Positions 28,149 to 38,419 are shown, counted from the stretch's first letter. The stretch is 64,000 bases of DNA from Pseudomonadota bacterium (GCA_040752855.1 JBFMHP010000039.1:5202-69201), one strand, 5' to 3'. Made by a program: numbers and translations. The notes: a model not told the origin generated them from the letters alone.

Positions 28149-28163
28149 CGCGCATATCCGCCG

Positions 28164-28577
28164 CTACGCCTGCGCGGCGGCCAGCAGCGGCGCGGGATTC
28201 CACCAGCCGGTGACGCGCCGAATCCGCCCGCCGGGAGCGAATTCAAAGACATCGATGCCAGACACCCGCGCCTCGGCGCCGTTGCGCGCTACGCAGTGTG
28301 CCTTCCAGCACACGGCAGCGGAACCGCCGCAGACTTGGATCTCATGGGGCACGAAATCGAGCACGGCGAACAAGGCCGCAAAGCCTTCAAAAAATGTCGC
28401 CAGGGCGTCGTGGCCGCGCCTGGGCGCAGCGTCCGCCGGATCGACCAGTTCCCCATCCGATTCGAAGGTGGCGCACCACGCCGCGCGGTCACGCGCGCGG
28501 ATCGCCGCAAAGTAATCGTGGATCATCGTGTGTGCGCGGTTCGGCACGCCTACTGCTTCGGTGATGCTCTGTTGCAT
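28164..28577 (-). CDS. SnoaL/NTF2-like protein
   Basis: YFAAIRARD...W...F...DP...G; SGIDVFEFAPGGRIRRVTGWW. Confidence 0.8.
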   Translation of the reverse strand: MQQSITEAVGVPNRAHTMIHDYFAAIRARDRAAWCATFESDGELVDPADAAPRRGHDALATFFEGFAALFAVLDFVPHEIQVCGGSAAVCWKAHCVARNGAEARVSGIDVFEFAPGGRIRRVTGWWNPAPLLAAAQA

Positions 28578-28611
28578 GATGATCTCCTTTGAATAAGATT
28601 TCCGCTCCGGC

Positions 28612-28647
28612 AAAAAAAACCGCGGCCGGCCAGCGCCGCCCGCGGTT
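28612..28647 (-). terminator. intrinsic terminator after the DUF4331-lipoprotein pair
   Basis: Minus strand AACCGCGG...CCGCGGTTTTTTTT. Confidence 0.75.
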
Positions 28648-28652
28648 ACACC

Positions 28653-28877
28653 TCACTCCACCGGCTCCGCCTCGACGTCATCTATCTCGTTCGCGACAAT
28701 CGTCTCGACATCCTCGGGCTCGCTCTCCTCCAGCGTTGTCGCTGTCATCCGCTGCACGGCCGCGCTGAATTCCTCGCCCTGGACCGGGGTGTTTTCCGCG
28801 GCGTTGTCGCTGTTGCAGGCCGACAGGGCGGCAAGGGCGGCGATTAACGCGCACATCGCTATCAGTTGGTAGTTCAT
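28653..28877 (-). CDS. small acidic lipoprotein
   Basis: LSAC lipobox, very acidic C-terminus, GAGGA RBS. Confidence 0.75.
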   Translation of the reverse strand: MNYQLIAMCALIAALAALSACNSDNAAENTPVQGEEFSAAVQRMTATTLEESEPEDVETIVANEIDDVEAEPVE

Positions 28878-28887
28878 GGCGGCATCC

Positions 28888-30354
28888 TCAGTTCGGCGAG
28901 CCGGGCAGCGGCGTCTTGAGATAAGGGAAAACCCCGTCGAACATCGTGGCATCGACGGCGGCCCCGTCGGTGAGCGCGGCCGCGCCGGCGGGCGCGTCCG
29001 CCGGAACACAACCGAACACCGTCGGGTTGTTCAACGTGCACAGCACCCCCATGGCCACGCGCAGTTCGATGTCCACCACATCATCACCGGGTCGCCGGCC
29101 GTTGGGAAAACCGGCATTATCACCGCCCAGCACCCCGAGATTGTTTTGCGCGCCCTGCGGCGCGGGTGCGATCGAGGTATTGAGTCGCAGCATCTCCGCC
29201 GCAGAGACATGCGCGGGCTTGTTCAGCCCCGACACCCCGGTGAGAAACGCCGCGACCAGATCCTGGCGCGGGAAATTGCTCGGCGCCGGTGCGCTCGGAA
29301 ACAGCAGCTCGATGATCGCCGGCAGCGTGGGGTTGGTCACATAGTCGGCGAACTGCGCGTCATGCTGCGGCTTGGCGGCGTTGAACTTGTCCTTGTCCTT
29401 GAGGCCGATCACCAGCTCGTTGACCAGCGGCATGCCGAGACGCGAGACCTGCACCCACGCCCCACCCTCCTTCGCCGGGCGAGCATAACTGGGAGCCGTG
29501 CGCAACAGCCGGCCTTGCCGCAAACTCGCCGTGGTCCAGCCGCCGATCACCGGATCTTTTGCCGTCGCCAGGCAGCTCTTGTGCACCTCCAGGATCAACG
29601 AGGTGATGTTCTCGTCCGCAATGATGTTGGGCTCCCCATCCACCGGACCCAGCGGATTGGTATTGATGAGATCGAAGATCTCGCCGAGATTCACCACAAA
29701 TGACTCTTGGCGCTGGCCGACGAACATGCGCCCGGGCTTGCCGCAGCCGGGGATGTTCACGTTATAGACATGCGCGGCGGCATAGGCGGCATAGTCCGGG
29801 ATGGACTTGTTGCCGATATTGTCGACCGGCTTGGCGAAGCTCTTGGCGCCGGTATCGGCATTGCTGAGGGCCTGGCGCTGTCCCGTGCGGCGATTGCCGC
29901 GCACCACGCTCACCTCATAGCTCTCCAGCACGTTCAGCGCCGCGGTGTTGCCGGCCGCAATCGCGCCGGAGTTGATCAGCGGAATCGCCACCTGCTTGCC
30001 GCCGACGTTGAGGCTGGTGTTCTGGAGCTGATTTTTGAAACGGAATTGGAAGGTGATGTCCTCCTTGGCGTCCCCGTCATTGTCGACATGGATCTCGTAG
30101 AGGGCATCCGGATCGAGGCTGAAATAATTCGGTCCGCCGTAGGCATCCTGCAAGGGCAGGTAATTGGCGATGAGCGTGACATACTCCTCGCGCCCCTGCT
30201 CATAGCTCATGAACATATAGAAGTCCGTGCCATCGACCTTGGGCATTTCGGTGATGAACGGGGCCTCCCGGTGGCTCGAGGCCAAGACACTCGCGCCCGG
30301 CAGCGCGATGACGGCCGCGGCGCTCAATGCAATCGTTAATGTACGCAGTGACAT
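28888..30354 (-). CDS. DUF4331 family exported protein
   Basis: Signal peptide then SSHREAP, D-x-TDFYMF, QVSRLGMPLVNE, GFPNGRRPGDDVVD, FPYL. Confidence 0.9.
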   Translation of the reverse strand: MSLRTLTIALSAAAVIALPGASVLASSHREAPFITEMPKVDGTDFYMFMSYEQGREEYVTLIANYLPLQDAYGGPNYFSLDPDALYEIHVDNDGDAKEDITFQFRFKNQLQNTSLNVGGKQVAIPLINSGAIAAGNTAALNVLESYEVSVVRGNRRTGQRQALSNADTGAKSFAKPVDNIGNKSIPDYAAYAAAHVYNVNIPGCGKPGRMFVGQRQESFVVNLGEIFDLINTNPLGPVDGEPNIIADENITSLILEVHKSCLATAKDPVIGGWTTASLRQGRLLRTAPSYARPAKEGGAWVQVSRLGMPLVNELVIGLKDKDKFNAAKPQHDAQFADYVTNPTLPAIIELLFPSAPAPSNFPRQDLVAAFLTGVSGLNKPAHVSAAEMLRLNTSIAPAPQGAQNNLGVLGGDNAGFPNGRRPGDDVVDIELRVAMGVLCTLNNPTVFGCVPADAPAGAAALTDGAAVDATMFDGVFPYLKTPLPGSPN

Positions 30355-30401
30355 GATTCTCTCCTTTGAACTGTGGCAACAGCACGACGCTGTCGAATCA
30401 T

Positions 30402-30428
30402 TACTACGCGCGATCCGCGCGATTGGAT
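30402..30428 (-). promoter_or_regulatory. putative ECF sigma promoter for the DUF4331 operon
   Basis: ATCCA-N14-GCGTAGTA on the minus strand. Confidence 0.7.
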
Positions 30429-30454
30429 GTTCGCGCCGCACGCACAAATGCCAA

Positions 30455-30481
30455 ATCCATTTCGTGCGCGCGTGCGTAGTA
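30455..30481 (+). promoter_or_regulatory. putative ECF sigma autoregulatory promoter
   Basis: ATCCA-N14-GCGTAGTA on the plus strand; both elements and the spacing are identical to the divergent copy. Confidence 0.7.
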
Positions 30482-30568
30482 TCAAGAAAGCTATGACTAA
30501 ATGTTCAGAGCATCCCCCAACCTACATCACGCGCTTCGCAGTGAAATCGCAAATTTCAGGAGTGAATT

Positions 30569-31270
30569 TTGAACGCAGCAAACCGCGCAACCATTGAAGC
30601 AGACGCGCATACGGCGATGGATGAAGATAGGGCTGTGCTAGACTTTTCGGTCATGGACGATCTGTTACCTTTGGCACCCGAGCGCGCTAAGGCCGACCGC
30701 GAATCCGCGTGGCGGGAACTGCTCGCGCGCATCGCCGCCGGCGAGCACGCCGCGGTGGCCGAGCTCTATGATGCGAGCGCCGCGCGCGTCTACGCCTTGG
30801 CGCGCCACCTCACGCGCGATGCCATGCTGGCCGAAGACGTCGTCTCCGATGTCTACCTGCAAATCTGGCAGCAGGCCGGGCGCTATGACGCGGCGCGCGG
30901 CGGCGTGCTCACCTGGCTGCTCACCATCTGCCGCTCGCGCGCGCTCGATGCCCTGCGCCGGCGCGAACCCGCCGAGCCGCACGCCGATCCCTACGCCAAC
31001 GCGCCGGACCCGCACGCCGCGGGAGACGATCCCATCGATCTGCTGAACGCGCTGGAGGGCGGCAGCCGCATTCATATTGCGCTCGCGACTCTCGGCGCGA
31101 CCGAGCGGCAACTCATCTCGGCCGCCTACTTCGAGGATCTTAGCCACACGCAGATCGCCGCCCGCACCGGCATGCCGCTGGGCACCGTCAAAACCGTGCT
31201 GCGCCGCGCCGTGCAGATGCTGCGCGCGGCGCTGGAGCACAACCTGTCCACGCTGGAGAAAACGCCGTGA
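30569..31270 (+). CDS. ECF sigma-70 factor, SigK/RpoE-ChrR-like (true start may be 30618 or 30653)
   Basis: AEDVVSDVYLQIWQQAGRYDAARG..LTWLLTICRSRALD; SHTQIAARTGMPLGTVKT. Confidence 0.92.
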   Translation: MNAANRATIEADAHTAMDEDRAVLDFSVMDDLLPLAPERAKADRESAWRELLARIAAGEHAAVAELYDASAARVYALARHLTRDAMLAEDVVSDVYLQIWQQAGRYDAARGGVLTWLLTICRSRALDALRRREPAEPHADPYANAPDPHAAGDDPIDLLNALEGGSRIHIALATLGATERQLISAAYFEDLSHTQIAARTGMPLGTVKTVLRRAVQMLRAALEHNLSTLEKTP

Positions 31271-31740
31271 CGAAAAGCTGTGACAACACCCCCGAGGCAC
31301 TCGACGCCACCGTGCTGAACGCACTGGTCGACTCGATCGCCCCGCTCGCGCCGCCCGCCGGGTTACGAGACAAGGTGCTCGCGCGTGTGCGCGAACACCC
31401 AGGCGCGGGCGGCCTGATCACGGTGCGCGCCGGCGACGCCGGCTGGAAGCCGATCGCGCCCGGCCTGGAATACAAACTCCTGCTGATCGATCCACACAGC
31501 CGCACCAAGTCATTCCTGCTGCGCGCGGCCCCCGGGACCAGCCTGCCGCCGCACGGTCATTCCGGCTTCGAAGAATGTCTGGTGCTGGAGGGCGAATTCA
31601 GCATGGGGGACCTGACCCTGCGCGCGGGCGACTTCCACTGCGCCGCCGCCCATGCCTTACACGAGGAGGCGCGCACCGAACGCGGTGTGCTGGTCTATCT
31701 GCGCGCCAGCATCGACGACTACCCCTTCGTGGCGGCGTGA
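31267..31740 (+). CDS. ChrR-like cupin-domain anti-sigma candidate
   Basis: PPAGLRDKVL, HGH..FEECLVLEG...GDFH...H; GTGA overlap with the sigma gene. Confidence 0.8.
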   Translation: MTKSCDNTPEALDATVLNALVDSIAPLAPPAGLRDKVLARVREHPGAGGLITVRAGDAGWKPIAPGLEYKLLLIDPHSRTKSFLLRAAPGTSLPPHGHSGFEECLVLEGEFSMGDLTLRAGDFHCAAAHALHEEARTERGVLVYLRASIDDYPFVAA

Positions 31741-31769
31741 GCGCCCGGCCGCCAGTGAGGTACTAAACC

Positions 31770-32657
31770 ATGCCGCACCGCGCACTCGACCCGCACATCA
31801 ACGCCGGCTGGCGCGCCGTAATCCTGGTCGCACTGTTGTCTGCCGCCCCGGCACAAGCCCATGAATTTTGGATCGAGCCGCAACACTACCGCGTCGCGCC
31901 AGGGGCCACGGTGGCACTGCGCCTGTTCGTGGGCCAGGACTTCAAGGGCGACGCGCTCATCTATCTGCCGGAGCTGGTCGAGCGCTTTGTGCATGTGGGT
32001 CCGCAGGGCGAAACGTCGATCGACGCCGTGCCGGGCGACGATCCTGCCGGAGAGATCAATGTGACGGAGACTGGCCTGCACCGCGTCGCCTACCGCAGCA
32101 AAGCCTCTTCGATCAGCTTCAACTCACGCGACGAATTCGAACGCTATCTGGACTTGGAGGGATTGGAGCGGATTCGGGAGACCTCTGATTACAACGCACG
32201 CACGCGTCCACCGATCCACGAGTTGTTCTCGCGCTGCGCCAAGACGCTGATCGGCGCCGGCGCCTCCCCTGCTGGCACCGATCAGCCACTCGGCTTGCGG
32301 TTGGAATTGATCGCAGAACGCAATCCATACACGCCCGGTGACTTCACCCGGACGCCGGTGCGGCTCTTGCTGGATGGAAAACCCTTGGCCGGTGCGCTAG
32401 TGAAGGCCTTTCATCACAGCGACCCGCGCTACAACACCCGCGCACGCACCGACGCGCAGGGTCGCGCGTTGCTAGACCTCCATCACCCCGGGGTGTGGCT
32501 GCTCAACGCCGTGCACCTGTTCCCCGCATCCGCGGCGGCGCACGCCCAATGGGAAAGCCTGTGGGCCTCGCTCACCTTTCAACTCGATGAGACGGTGCTG
32601 CGTCCGCCGCGCGCGAGCAGCGACTCGAATGCTTCCACCGGCAGCGGTCGGCTGTAG
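31770..32657 (+). CDS. DUF4198 family exported protein
   Basis: AQA-HEFWIEP, FSRCAKTLI, GLRLELI...NPY, RTDAQG, WESLWASLTF. Confidence 0.85.
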   Translation: MPHRALDPHINAGWRAVILVALLSAAPAQAHEFWIEPQHYRVAPGATVALRLFVGQDFKGDALIYLPELVERFVHVGPQGETSIDAVPGDDPAGEINVTETGLHRVAYRSKASSISFNSRDEFERYLDLEGLERIRETSDYNARTRPPIHELFSRCAKTLIGAGASPAGTDQPLGLRLELIAERNPYTPGDFTRTPVRLLLDGKPLAGALVKAFHHSDPRYNTRARTDAQGRALLDLHHPGVWLLNAVHLFPASAAAHAQWESLWASLTFQLDETVLRPPRASSDSNASTGSGRL

Positions 32658-35600
32658 AGATAACCCTGCACCTCGTGACAATTGAGCGCGCGCAGGAATT
32701 CCTGTTGCTCGACGGTCTCCACGCCCTCGGCCACCACATCGAGTTGCAGGCTCCGCCCCAGCGCGAGCACCGCCTCGGTGATGGCCGCGTCATTGGCGTC
32801 CTGCGGGATGTCGCGCACGAAGGAACGGTCGATCTTGAGCTTGTCGACCGGCAGTCGCTTGAGATAACTGAGCGAGGAATAGCCGGTGCCGAAGTCGTCG
32901 ATGGCAATCGTCACACCGATGGCTTTCAGCGTATCGAGCATGCTGATCGCCCAATCGGCCTTCTGCATGATGAAACTTTCGGTGATCTCCAGTTCCAGAT
33001 GACGCGCCTCCAATCCCGACTCCTCCAGGGCCTGGACCACGCTGGAGACGATGTCGCCGCGCTGAAACTGGATGCCGGAGACATTGACCGAGATACGCTT
33101 CAGCCCGTGCGCCTGCCATGACCGGGCCTGGCGGCAGGCCTCGGCGAGCACCCAGTCGCCGAGCCGCACGATCAGGCCGGTGTCCTCGGCGAGCGGAATG
33201 AACTTGTCCGGCATCACCAGCCCCAGCTGCGGGTGGAGCCAGCGCACCAAGGCCTCGGCGCCGCACAGCCGGCCGCTGGGGAGATGATATTGCGGCTGGT
33301 AATGCACGACCAGCTGGCCGGCCCCCAGCGCCTGGCGCAGCGCGGACTCCATCGTCAAGCGCTCGAAGGCCGCGGCGGTGAGCGACGCGGTGTAGAACTG
33401 ATAGTCGTTGCGCCCTTCTTCCTTGGCACGATACATGGCCGCATCGGCGTTGCGGATCAAGGTGGCGCTGTCCTGTCCGTCGCGCGGATAGAGGCTCACG
33501 CCCATGCTGAGGGTCAGGTGCAGCTCATGGCCCTTCACATGAAACGGCTTGGCGAAGGCTGTCATCAGTTTCTGCGCCAGCACCGCCACGTGCTGCACCT
33601 CCTGGATGTCCTCCATCACGATGATGAACTCATCCCCGCCCAGTCGCGCGACCGTATCGTCTTCCCGGATGATCTGCTTGATGCGGTTGGCCGCCTCCAC
33701 CAGCAGCTGATCACCCACCGGATGCCCGAGGCTGTCATTGACGTTCTTGAAGCGATCGAGATCGAGAAACAGCACCGCGACCTGGTGGCCGTCGCGATGG
33801 GCGCGATGCAGGGCGTGATCGAGGCGGTCGTTGAGCAACAGGCGGTTGGGCAGCTGGGTCAGCGGATCGTGGTGGGCCAGAAAATCAAGCTGCTGCTGCG
33901 ACTGTTTGAGCGCCGAGATATCGGAGAACACCGAGACATAGTTGGTCAGGCGCTGGTGCTGGTCGTAGACCGCGCTGATGGTCGACCAGGTGGGAAAGAC
34001 CTCGCCGTTCTTGCGCCGGTCCCACAGCTCGCCCTGCCAGACGCCATCCTCCTGCAACGACCGCCGAAGTTCCGCGTAGTATTCCGGGGTGTGGCGCCCG
34101 GAGCGCAGCAGCTTGGGATTTTTGCCCAACACCTCGGCCTCCTCATAACCGGTGATCGCGGTAAAGGCGGTGTTCACCGCCACGATCCGGTTATCGGTGT
34201 CCGAGATCACCACCCCTTCGGCGGTGCTCTCCACCACGGCGGCCAGCAGTCGGTATTTCTCCTCGACGAGCGCGCGCTCGCTCACATCGCGCGCCATCGC
34301 GATCAACAGGGGCTGCTCACCCTCGCCCGAGAATTTACTCAGACGCACCTCCACCGGAAACAGACTGCCGTCCTTGCACAGATGCACGGTGCTGTATTCG
34401 ACATATTCCTGCGCGCCGCTCAACACCTGCTCCACCATCCGGCGCACGGTTTCCACCGGCAGTTGCGGCATGATCTCGACCGGCCCGAGGGTCAGCAGCT
34501 CCTCGCGGGTGTACCCCATGCGCGCCAAGGCGGAACGGTTGCAGTCGACGAACTTGGCGGTGGCGGGATCGATCAGCAGGACATTGTCGACGGTGTTATC
34601 CAGCGCGCCTCGAAAGCGGGATAAGGCCCGCTCGCTGCGTTGCAGGGCATCGAACAGCCGGGCGCTGTGCATGGCGTGCGCCAGACTCGGCGCAAGCAGC
34701 GGCACGAAGCGGCGCAGCTCCGCGGTGAAGCCGTCGAGTTTGCCGGAACCGAGCTTGAGGACGCCGAGAAACCGGTCCTCGGCCCACAAGGGCACGAGAT
34801 AGGCGCTGCGCATGCCGGCGGCCACCAGCGCCTGTTCGTGCGCATATCCCGCGGCCTCACGGGCAAGATCGGGAAGGTAACGGGGCTGCTGGGCGGCGAT
34901 CATCTCCACGAGCAAGGTCGTCTCCATCGGCTGATAGCTACCGGCCGGCGCGACCGCCGGCATCGACCCATTGACGGCGTAGACATAGAAACCGCGGGCC
35001 TCCTCATCCAGCAGAACGATGGCGTAACGCAGATCGCCCAGTTCGCGATACAGGAACGCCAGGGTGGCCTCGGCCACCGCCTGCTGCGAGAGTCCGGAGA
35101 TGATTTGCAGGTATTGCGCCAAGAGCTGGGCGTAGCGCTGACTTTCCTCGAGGGACTGCGCGATCGTGCGCTTCTGCCGCTCGAGCCGGTAATGCCCGAT
35201 GACCCTGCCATAAGTCGCGATCAAGGGGTGCAAATACTCCACCAGCAACTGATCGTATCCGCCCGGCCGGTTGGCCAAGCCGATCATCGCGACCAACACC
35301 CCGGCGTGATACACCGGGATGCCGATATAGGAATGCAGCGGGGGATGGCCGTCGGGCAGGCCACAGCGGCGCGGATCGCTGGCCGGTGCGTTGGCGATCA
35401 CCACCTGGCCGCTGGTCATCACCGCCCCATACAGGCTGTCGAGACGCCGGAACTCCATGCCATTCTGCTGGCTTTCGGCAAACAGCCGGCGCGTGGCCTC
35501 ATTCCAGGCGACATCGCAGCAGGCATGGGTCTTAAGATAGGGCCGGCCCTGTTCGTCTAGTAGAACCTCGCCGATATTGCCGTACTCACTGGCCGTCAAG

Positions 35601-35749
35601 GCCCGCAGATCCCTGAGCAGATCTTCGAACAGGGTGGCGGGGGCATCTTCCCGGATGACATGCTCCTGGGCGCGGCTGATCGCCTGCAACAAGGCATAGG
35701 CCTCGCTCAGGCCAAAAGCGCCCGTGGCGTTTGGCTCGTTTCCGTACAT
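32579..35749 (-). CDS. GAF-GAF-PAS-PAS diguanylate cyclase/phosphodiesterase
   Basis: HHDPLTQLPNR, ARLGGDEF, AEALVRW, IDDFGTGYSSL. Confidence 0.95.
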   Translation of the reverse strand: MYGNEPNATGAFGLSEAYALLQAISRAQEHVIREDAPATLFEDLLRDLRALTASEYGNIGEVLLDEQGRPYLKTHACCDVAWNEATRRLFAESQQNGMEFRRLDSLYGAVMTSGQVVIANAPASDPRRCGLPDGHPPLHSYIGIPVYHAGVLVAMIGLANRPGGYDQLLVEYLHPLIATYGRVIGHYRLERQKRTIAQSLEESQRYAQLLAQYLQIISGLSQQAVAEATLAFLYRELGDLRYAIVLLDEEARGFYVYAVNGSMPAVAPAGSYQPMETTLLVEMIAAQQPRYLPDLAREAAGYAHEQALVAAGMRSAYLVPLWAEDRFLGVLKLGSGKLDGFTAELRRFVPLLAPSLAHAMHSARLFDALQRSERALSRFRGALDNTVDNVLLIDPATAKFVDCNRSALARMGYTREELLTLGPVEIMPQLPVETVRRMVEQVLSGAQEYVEYSTVHLCKDGSLFPVEVRLSKFSGEGEQPLLIAMARDVSERALVEEKYRLLAAVVESTAEGVVISDTDNRIVAVNTAFTAITGYEEAEVLGKNPKLLRSGRHTPEYYAELRRSLQEDGVWQGELWDRRKNGEVFPTWSTISAVYDQHQRLTNYVSVFSDISALKQSQQQLDFLAHHDPLTQLPNRLLLNDRLDHALHRAHRDGHQVAVLFLDLDRFKNVNDSLGHPVGDQLLVEAANRIKQIIREDDTVARLGGDEFIIVMEDIQEVQHVAVLAQKLMTAFAKPFHVKGHELHLTLSMGVSLYPRDGQDSATLIRNADAAMYRAKEEGRNDYQFYTASLTAAAFERLTMESALRQALGAGQLVVHYQPQYHLPSGRLCGAEALVRWLHPQLGLVMPDKFIPLAEDTGLIVRLGDWVLAEACRQARSWQAHGLKRISVNVSGIQFQRGDIVSSVVQALEESGLEARHLELEITESFIMQKADWAISMLDTLKAIGVTIAIDDFGTGYSSLSYLKRLPVDKLKIDRSFVRDIPQDANDAAITEAVLALGRSLQLDVVAEGVETVEQQEFLRALNCHEVQGYLYSRPLPVEAFESLLARGGRSTVSSS

Positions 35750-35878
35750 AACTCCCCCAATGAGCGCCCCAATCTTTGGGCTACTCGAGCACGCACCGCG
35801 CCAATCCCCCGATCCGGCGCGCGCCACACTCAAAACATTAATTTGACTATGCTAATCGACCTTGCCGGGGTTCGGCAA

Positions 35879-37348
35879 TCACCGCGACTTGAACAAGGCC
35901 TTCATCAGACTGCTGGCAAGCTTTTTGCCCAGCGAACTGCCCACGCTGCGCACGACACTCTTAGCCAGGGCCTCGCCGACACCCTCGCGCTGGCGTCCCG
36001 AGGACTTGCGCGGCGCTTCCTTGGCCGCCTGTTCCAGATCCTCCTCGCGCGCCGCGCGCTCCCTGGCCGCATGCGCGCGCAGCATTTCATAGGCCGATTC
36101 GCGATCCACCGGCTTTTCGTAACGCCCCGCCACCGGACTGGTGCGCATGAGCGCCGCGCGCTCCTCGGGGCTCACCGGCCCGAGGCGCGAGGTCGGCGGA
36201 CAGATCAGCGCGCGCTCGACCATCGACGGCACGCCCTTGTCGGTCAACACCGAGGCCAGCGCCTCGCCCACACCCAGCTGGGTAATCACCTCCTCGGTGC
36301 TGAAGGCCGGATTGGCGCGAAAGGTCTGCGCAGCGACCTTCACCGCCTTCTGGTCCTTGGGTGTGAAGGCACGCAACGCGTGCTGGACGCGATTGCCGAG
36401 CTGCCCGAGCACCGTATCCGGCACGTCGGCCGGATTCTGAGTGATGAAATAAACGCCCACGCCCTTGGAGCGGATCAGGCGCACCACCTGCTCGACGCGA
36501 TCGAGCAGGGCCTTGGGCGCCTCGTTGAACAACAGATGCGCCTCGTCGAAGAAGAACACAAGCTTGGGCTTGTCGAGATCACCGGCCTCCGGCAGTTCCT
36601 TGAACAGCTCGGTGAGCAGCCACAGCAGGAAAATCGCATAGAGCTTGGGTTGCAGCATCAGCTTGTCGGCGGCCAGCAGATTGATGTAGCCGCGCCCCTC
36701 GCTGTCGGTGCGCATGAACTCGGCTATCTCCAGCGCCGGCTCGCCGAAGAAGCGGTCGCCGCCGTGCTCCTCCAGCTCCATCAGCTTGCGCTGGATCGCG
36801 CCGATCGAGGCGCTGCTCATCGCGCCGTATTGATCGCTCAGCGCGCCCGTATCCTTGGTCACGTAGTTGAGCATCTCGCGCAGATCCTTGAGATCGAGCA
36901 ACGGCATCTGCTGATCGGCGGCGATCTTGAAGATCACCTGCAACACGCCCTGCTGAGTATCGTTGAGATCCATCAGACGCGCGAGCAACAGCGGCCCGAC
37001 ATCCTGCACCGTAGTGCGCACCGGATGCCCCTGCTCGCCGTACACATCCCAGAACAGCACCGGGTTGGCGCGATACTGGAAATCCGCCAGCCCCACCTCT
37101 TGCGCGCGTTTTTCCAGAAAATCCTTCGACGTGCCCGCCTGGCTGATGCCGGAAAGATCGCCTTTGACATCGGCCATGAACACCGGCACGCCCTGGCGCG
37201 AGAAGCCTTCGGCCAGCACCTGCAAGGTCACGGTCTTGCCCGTGCCGGTGGCCCCGGCGATCAGGCCGTGGCGGTTGGCGTATTTGAGCAACAACGACAC
37301 GGGCTGATCGCCCTTGCCAACAAAGATCGTCTTGTCGTTCATAGTCAT
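35879..37348 (-). CDS. yjgR: HerA-like ATPase, DUF853/YjgR family
   Basis: [41 protein letters not shown]. Confidence 0.9.
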   Translation of the reverse strand: MTMNDKTIFVGKGDQPVSLLLKYANRHGLIAGATGTGKTVTLQVLAEGFSRQGVPVFMADVKGDLSGISQAGTSKDFLEKRAQEVGLADFQYRANPVLFWDVYGEQGHPVRTTVQDVGPLLLARLMDLNDTQQGVLQVIFKIAADQQMPLLDLKDLREMLNYVTKDTGALSDQYGAMSSASIGAIQRKLMELEEHGGDRFFGEPALEIAEFMRTDSEGRGYINLLAADKLMLQPKLYAIFLLWLLTELFKELPEAGDLDKPKLVFFFDEAHLLFNEAPKALLDRVEQVVRLIRSKGVGVYFITQNPADVPDTVLGQLGNRVQHALRAFTPKDQKAVKVAAQTFRANPAFSTEEVITQLGVGEALASVLTDKGVPSMVERALICPPTSRLGPVSPEERAALMRTSPVAGRYEKPVDRESAYEMLRAHAARERAAREEDLEQAAKEAPRKSSGRQREGVGEALAKSVVRSVGSSLGKKLASSLMKALFKSR

Positions 37349-37583
37349 ACCCACGTTCAGAAAAAGTGCCGGGAATCATACGGGCGCGGCTGGCAATGGA
37401 TTCAAAGACGGCCGTACCGAGATTGATTGTGAAACAATGTAATATCCGCCGCGATCGAATTGCGGCCGCGCCGCTCGGGCTATAATAATTCAGTCATCAA
37501 TGATACCGTAGCCCGCAGCGGCTCGAAATCATTAGTTTAGCGGACCATCCATCCACTCACCGAGGAAAAGAGGAGGAAGCATC

Positions 37584-37970
37584 ATGGACATTCTGAAAGA
37601 CATCATCAATGAAAAAGGCGCCGACTTGATCGGTTCACTCACCAAGGCCGGCTTTGCCGGCGATATCGCCAAATACTTTCTGTCCGAGGCGGGCACCAGC
37701 ATGATCTCGGCCATCGGCAGCGGCAACGTCGATCTCAGCTCCGGCAGCGTCGATCAAAAATCCAACGCGCTGCTCAACAACATCGACCCCACGGCCCTGG
37801 CCACCAAGGTCGGCATCAATAAGGATCTGGCCAGCAAGGGCTTGGCCATCATCGCCCCGGTGGTGATCAAACTCCTCCAAGACAAGCTCGGCGACAATCA
37901 AGGACTGCTTGGCATGCTGGGCGCGGCCAAGAGCAGCGGCGTCGGCGATGTACTCAAAAAACTCTTTTGA
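37584..37970 (+). CDS. hypothetical protein
   Basis: Strong AGGAGG RBS and host-like codon usage. Confidence 0.75.
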   Translation: MDILKDIINEKGADLIGSLTKAGFAGDIAKYFLSEAGTSMISAIGSGNVDLSSGSVDQKSNALLNNIDPTALATKVGINKDLASKGLAIIAPVVIKLLQDKLGDNQGLLGMLGAAKSSGVGDVLKKLF

Positions 37971-38011
37971 TCCGCGGCCAATCCCATTCAACCAACTCGA
38001 AGGACGCTCCC

Positions 38012-38419
38012 ATGGCATACAAGATAGAAGATCTCGAAGGCATCGGACCAAAAATCGGTGAAACCCTGCGCGGCGCGGGCATCACCACGGTCGAGGCCCT
38101 GCTCAGCTCCGCCGCCAGCGGCACCGGGCGCAAGGAGCTCGCCGCCAAGACCGGCCTGAGCGAAAAGAATCTGCTGCAGTGGGCCAATCTCGCCGACCTC
38201 TGCCGCATCAAAGGCATCTCCACGCAGTACTCCCAACTGCTGGAGGCCGCCGGTGTCGATACCGTCAAAGAACTCGCCACCCGCAATGCCCCCAATCTGA
38301 CGCAGAAGCTCCGCGAAATTAACGAGAGCAAAAAACTGGTGCGCGTGGCGCCGGCGGAAAACACCGTCGCCGATTGGATCGCGCAGGCCAAGACCCTGCC
38401 CGCGATGATCACGCACTAA
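38012..38419 (+). CDS. DUF4332 helix-hairpin-helix protein
   Basis: IEDLEGIGP, WANLADLCRIKGI, LLEAAGVDTVKELATRN. Confidence 0.88.
   Translation: MAYKIEDLEGIGPKIGETLRGAGITTVEALLSSAASGTGRKELAAKTGLSEKNLLQWANLADLCRIKGISTQYSQLLEAAGVDTVKELATRNAPNLTQKLREINESKKLVRVAPAENTVADWIAQAKTLPAMITH

Noticed and set aside
35879-38419. HerA-like ATPase as an anti-phage system
   Set aside because: It is the widespread YjgR/DUF853 type with host-like composition and no adjacent nuclease, SIR2 or NurA partner.
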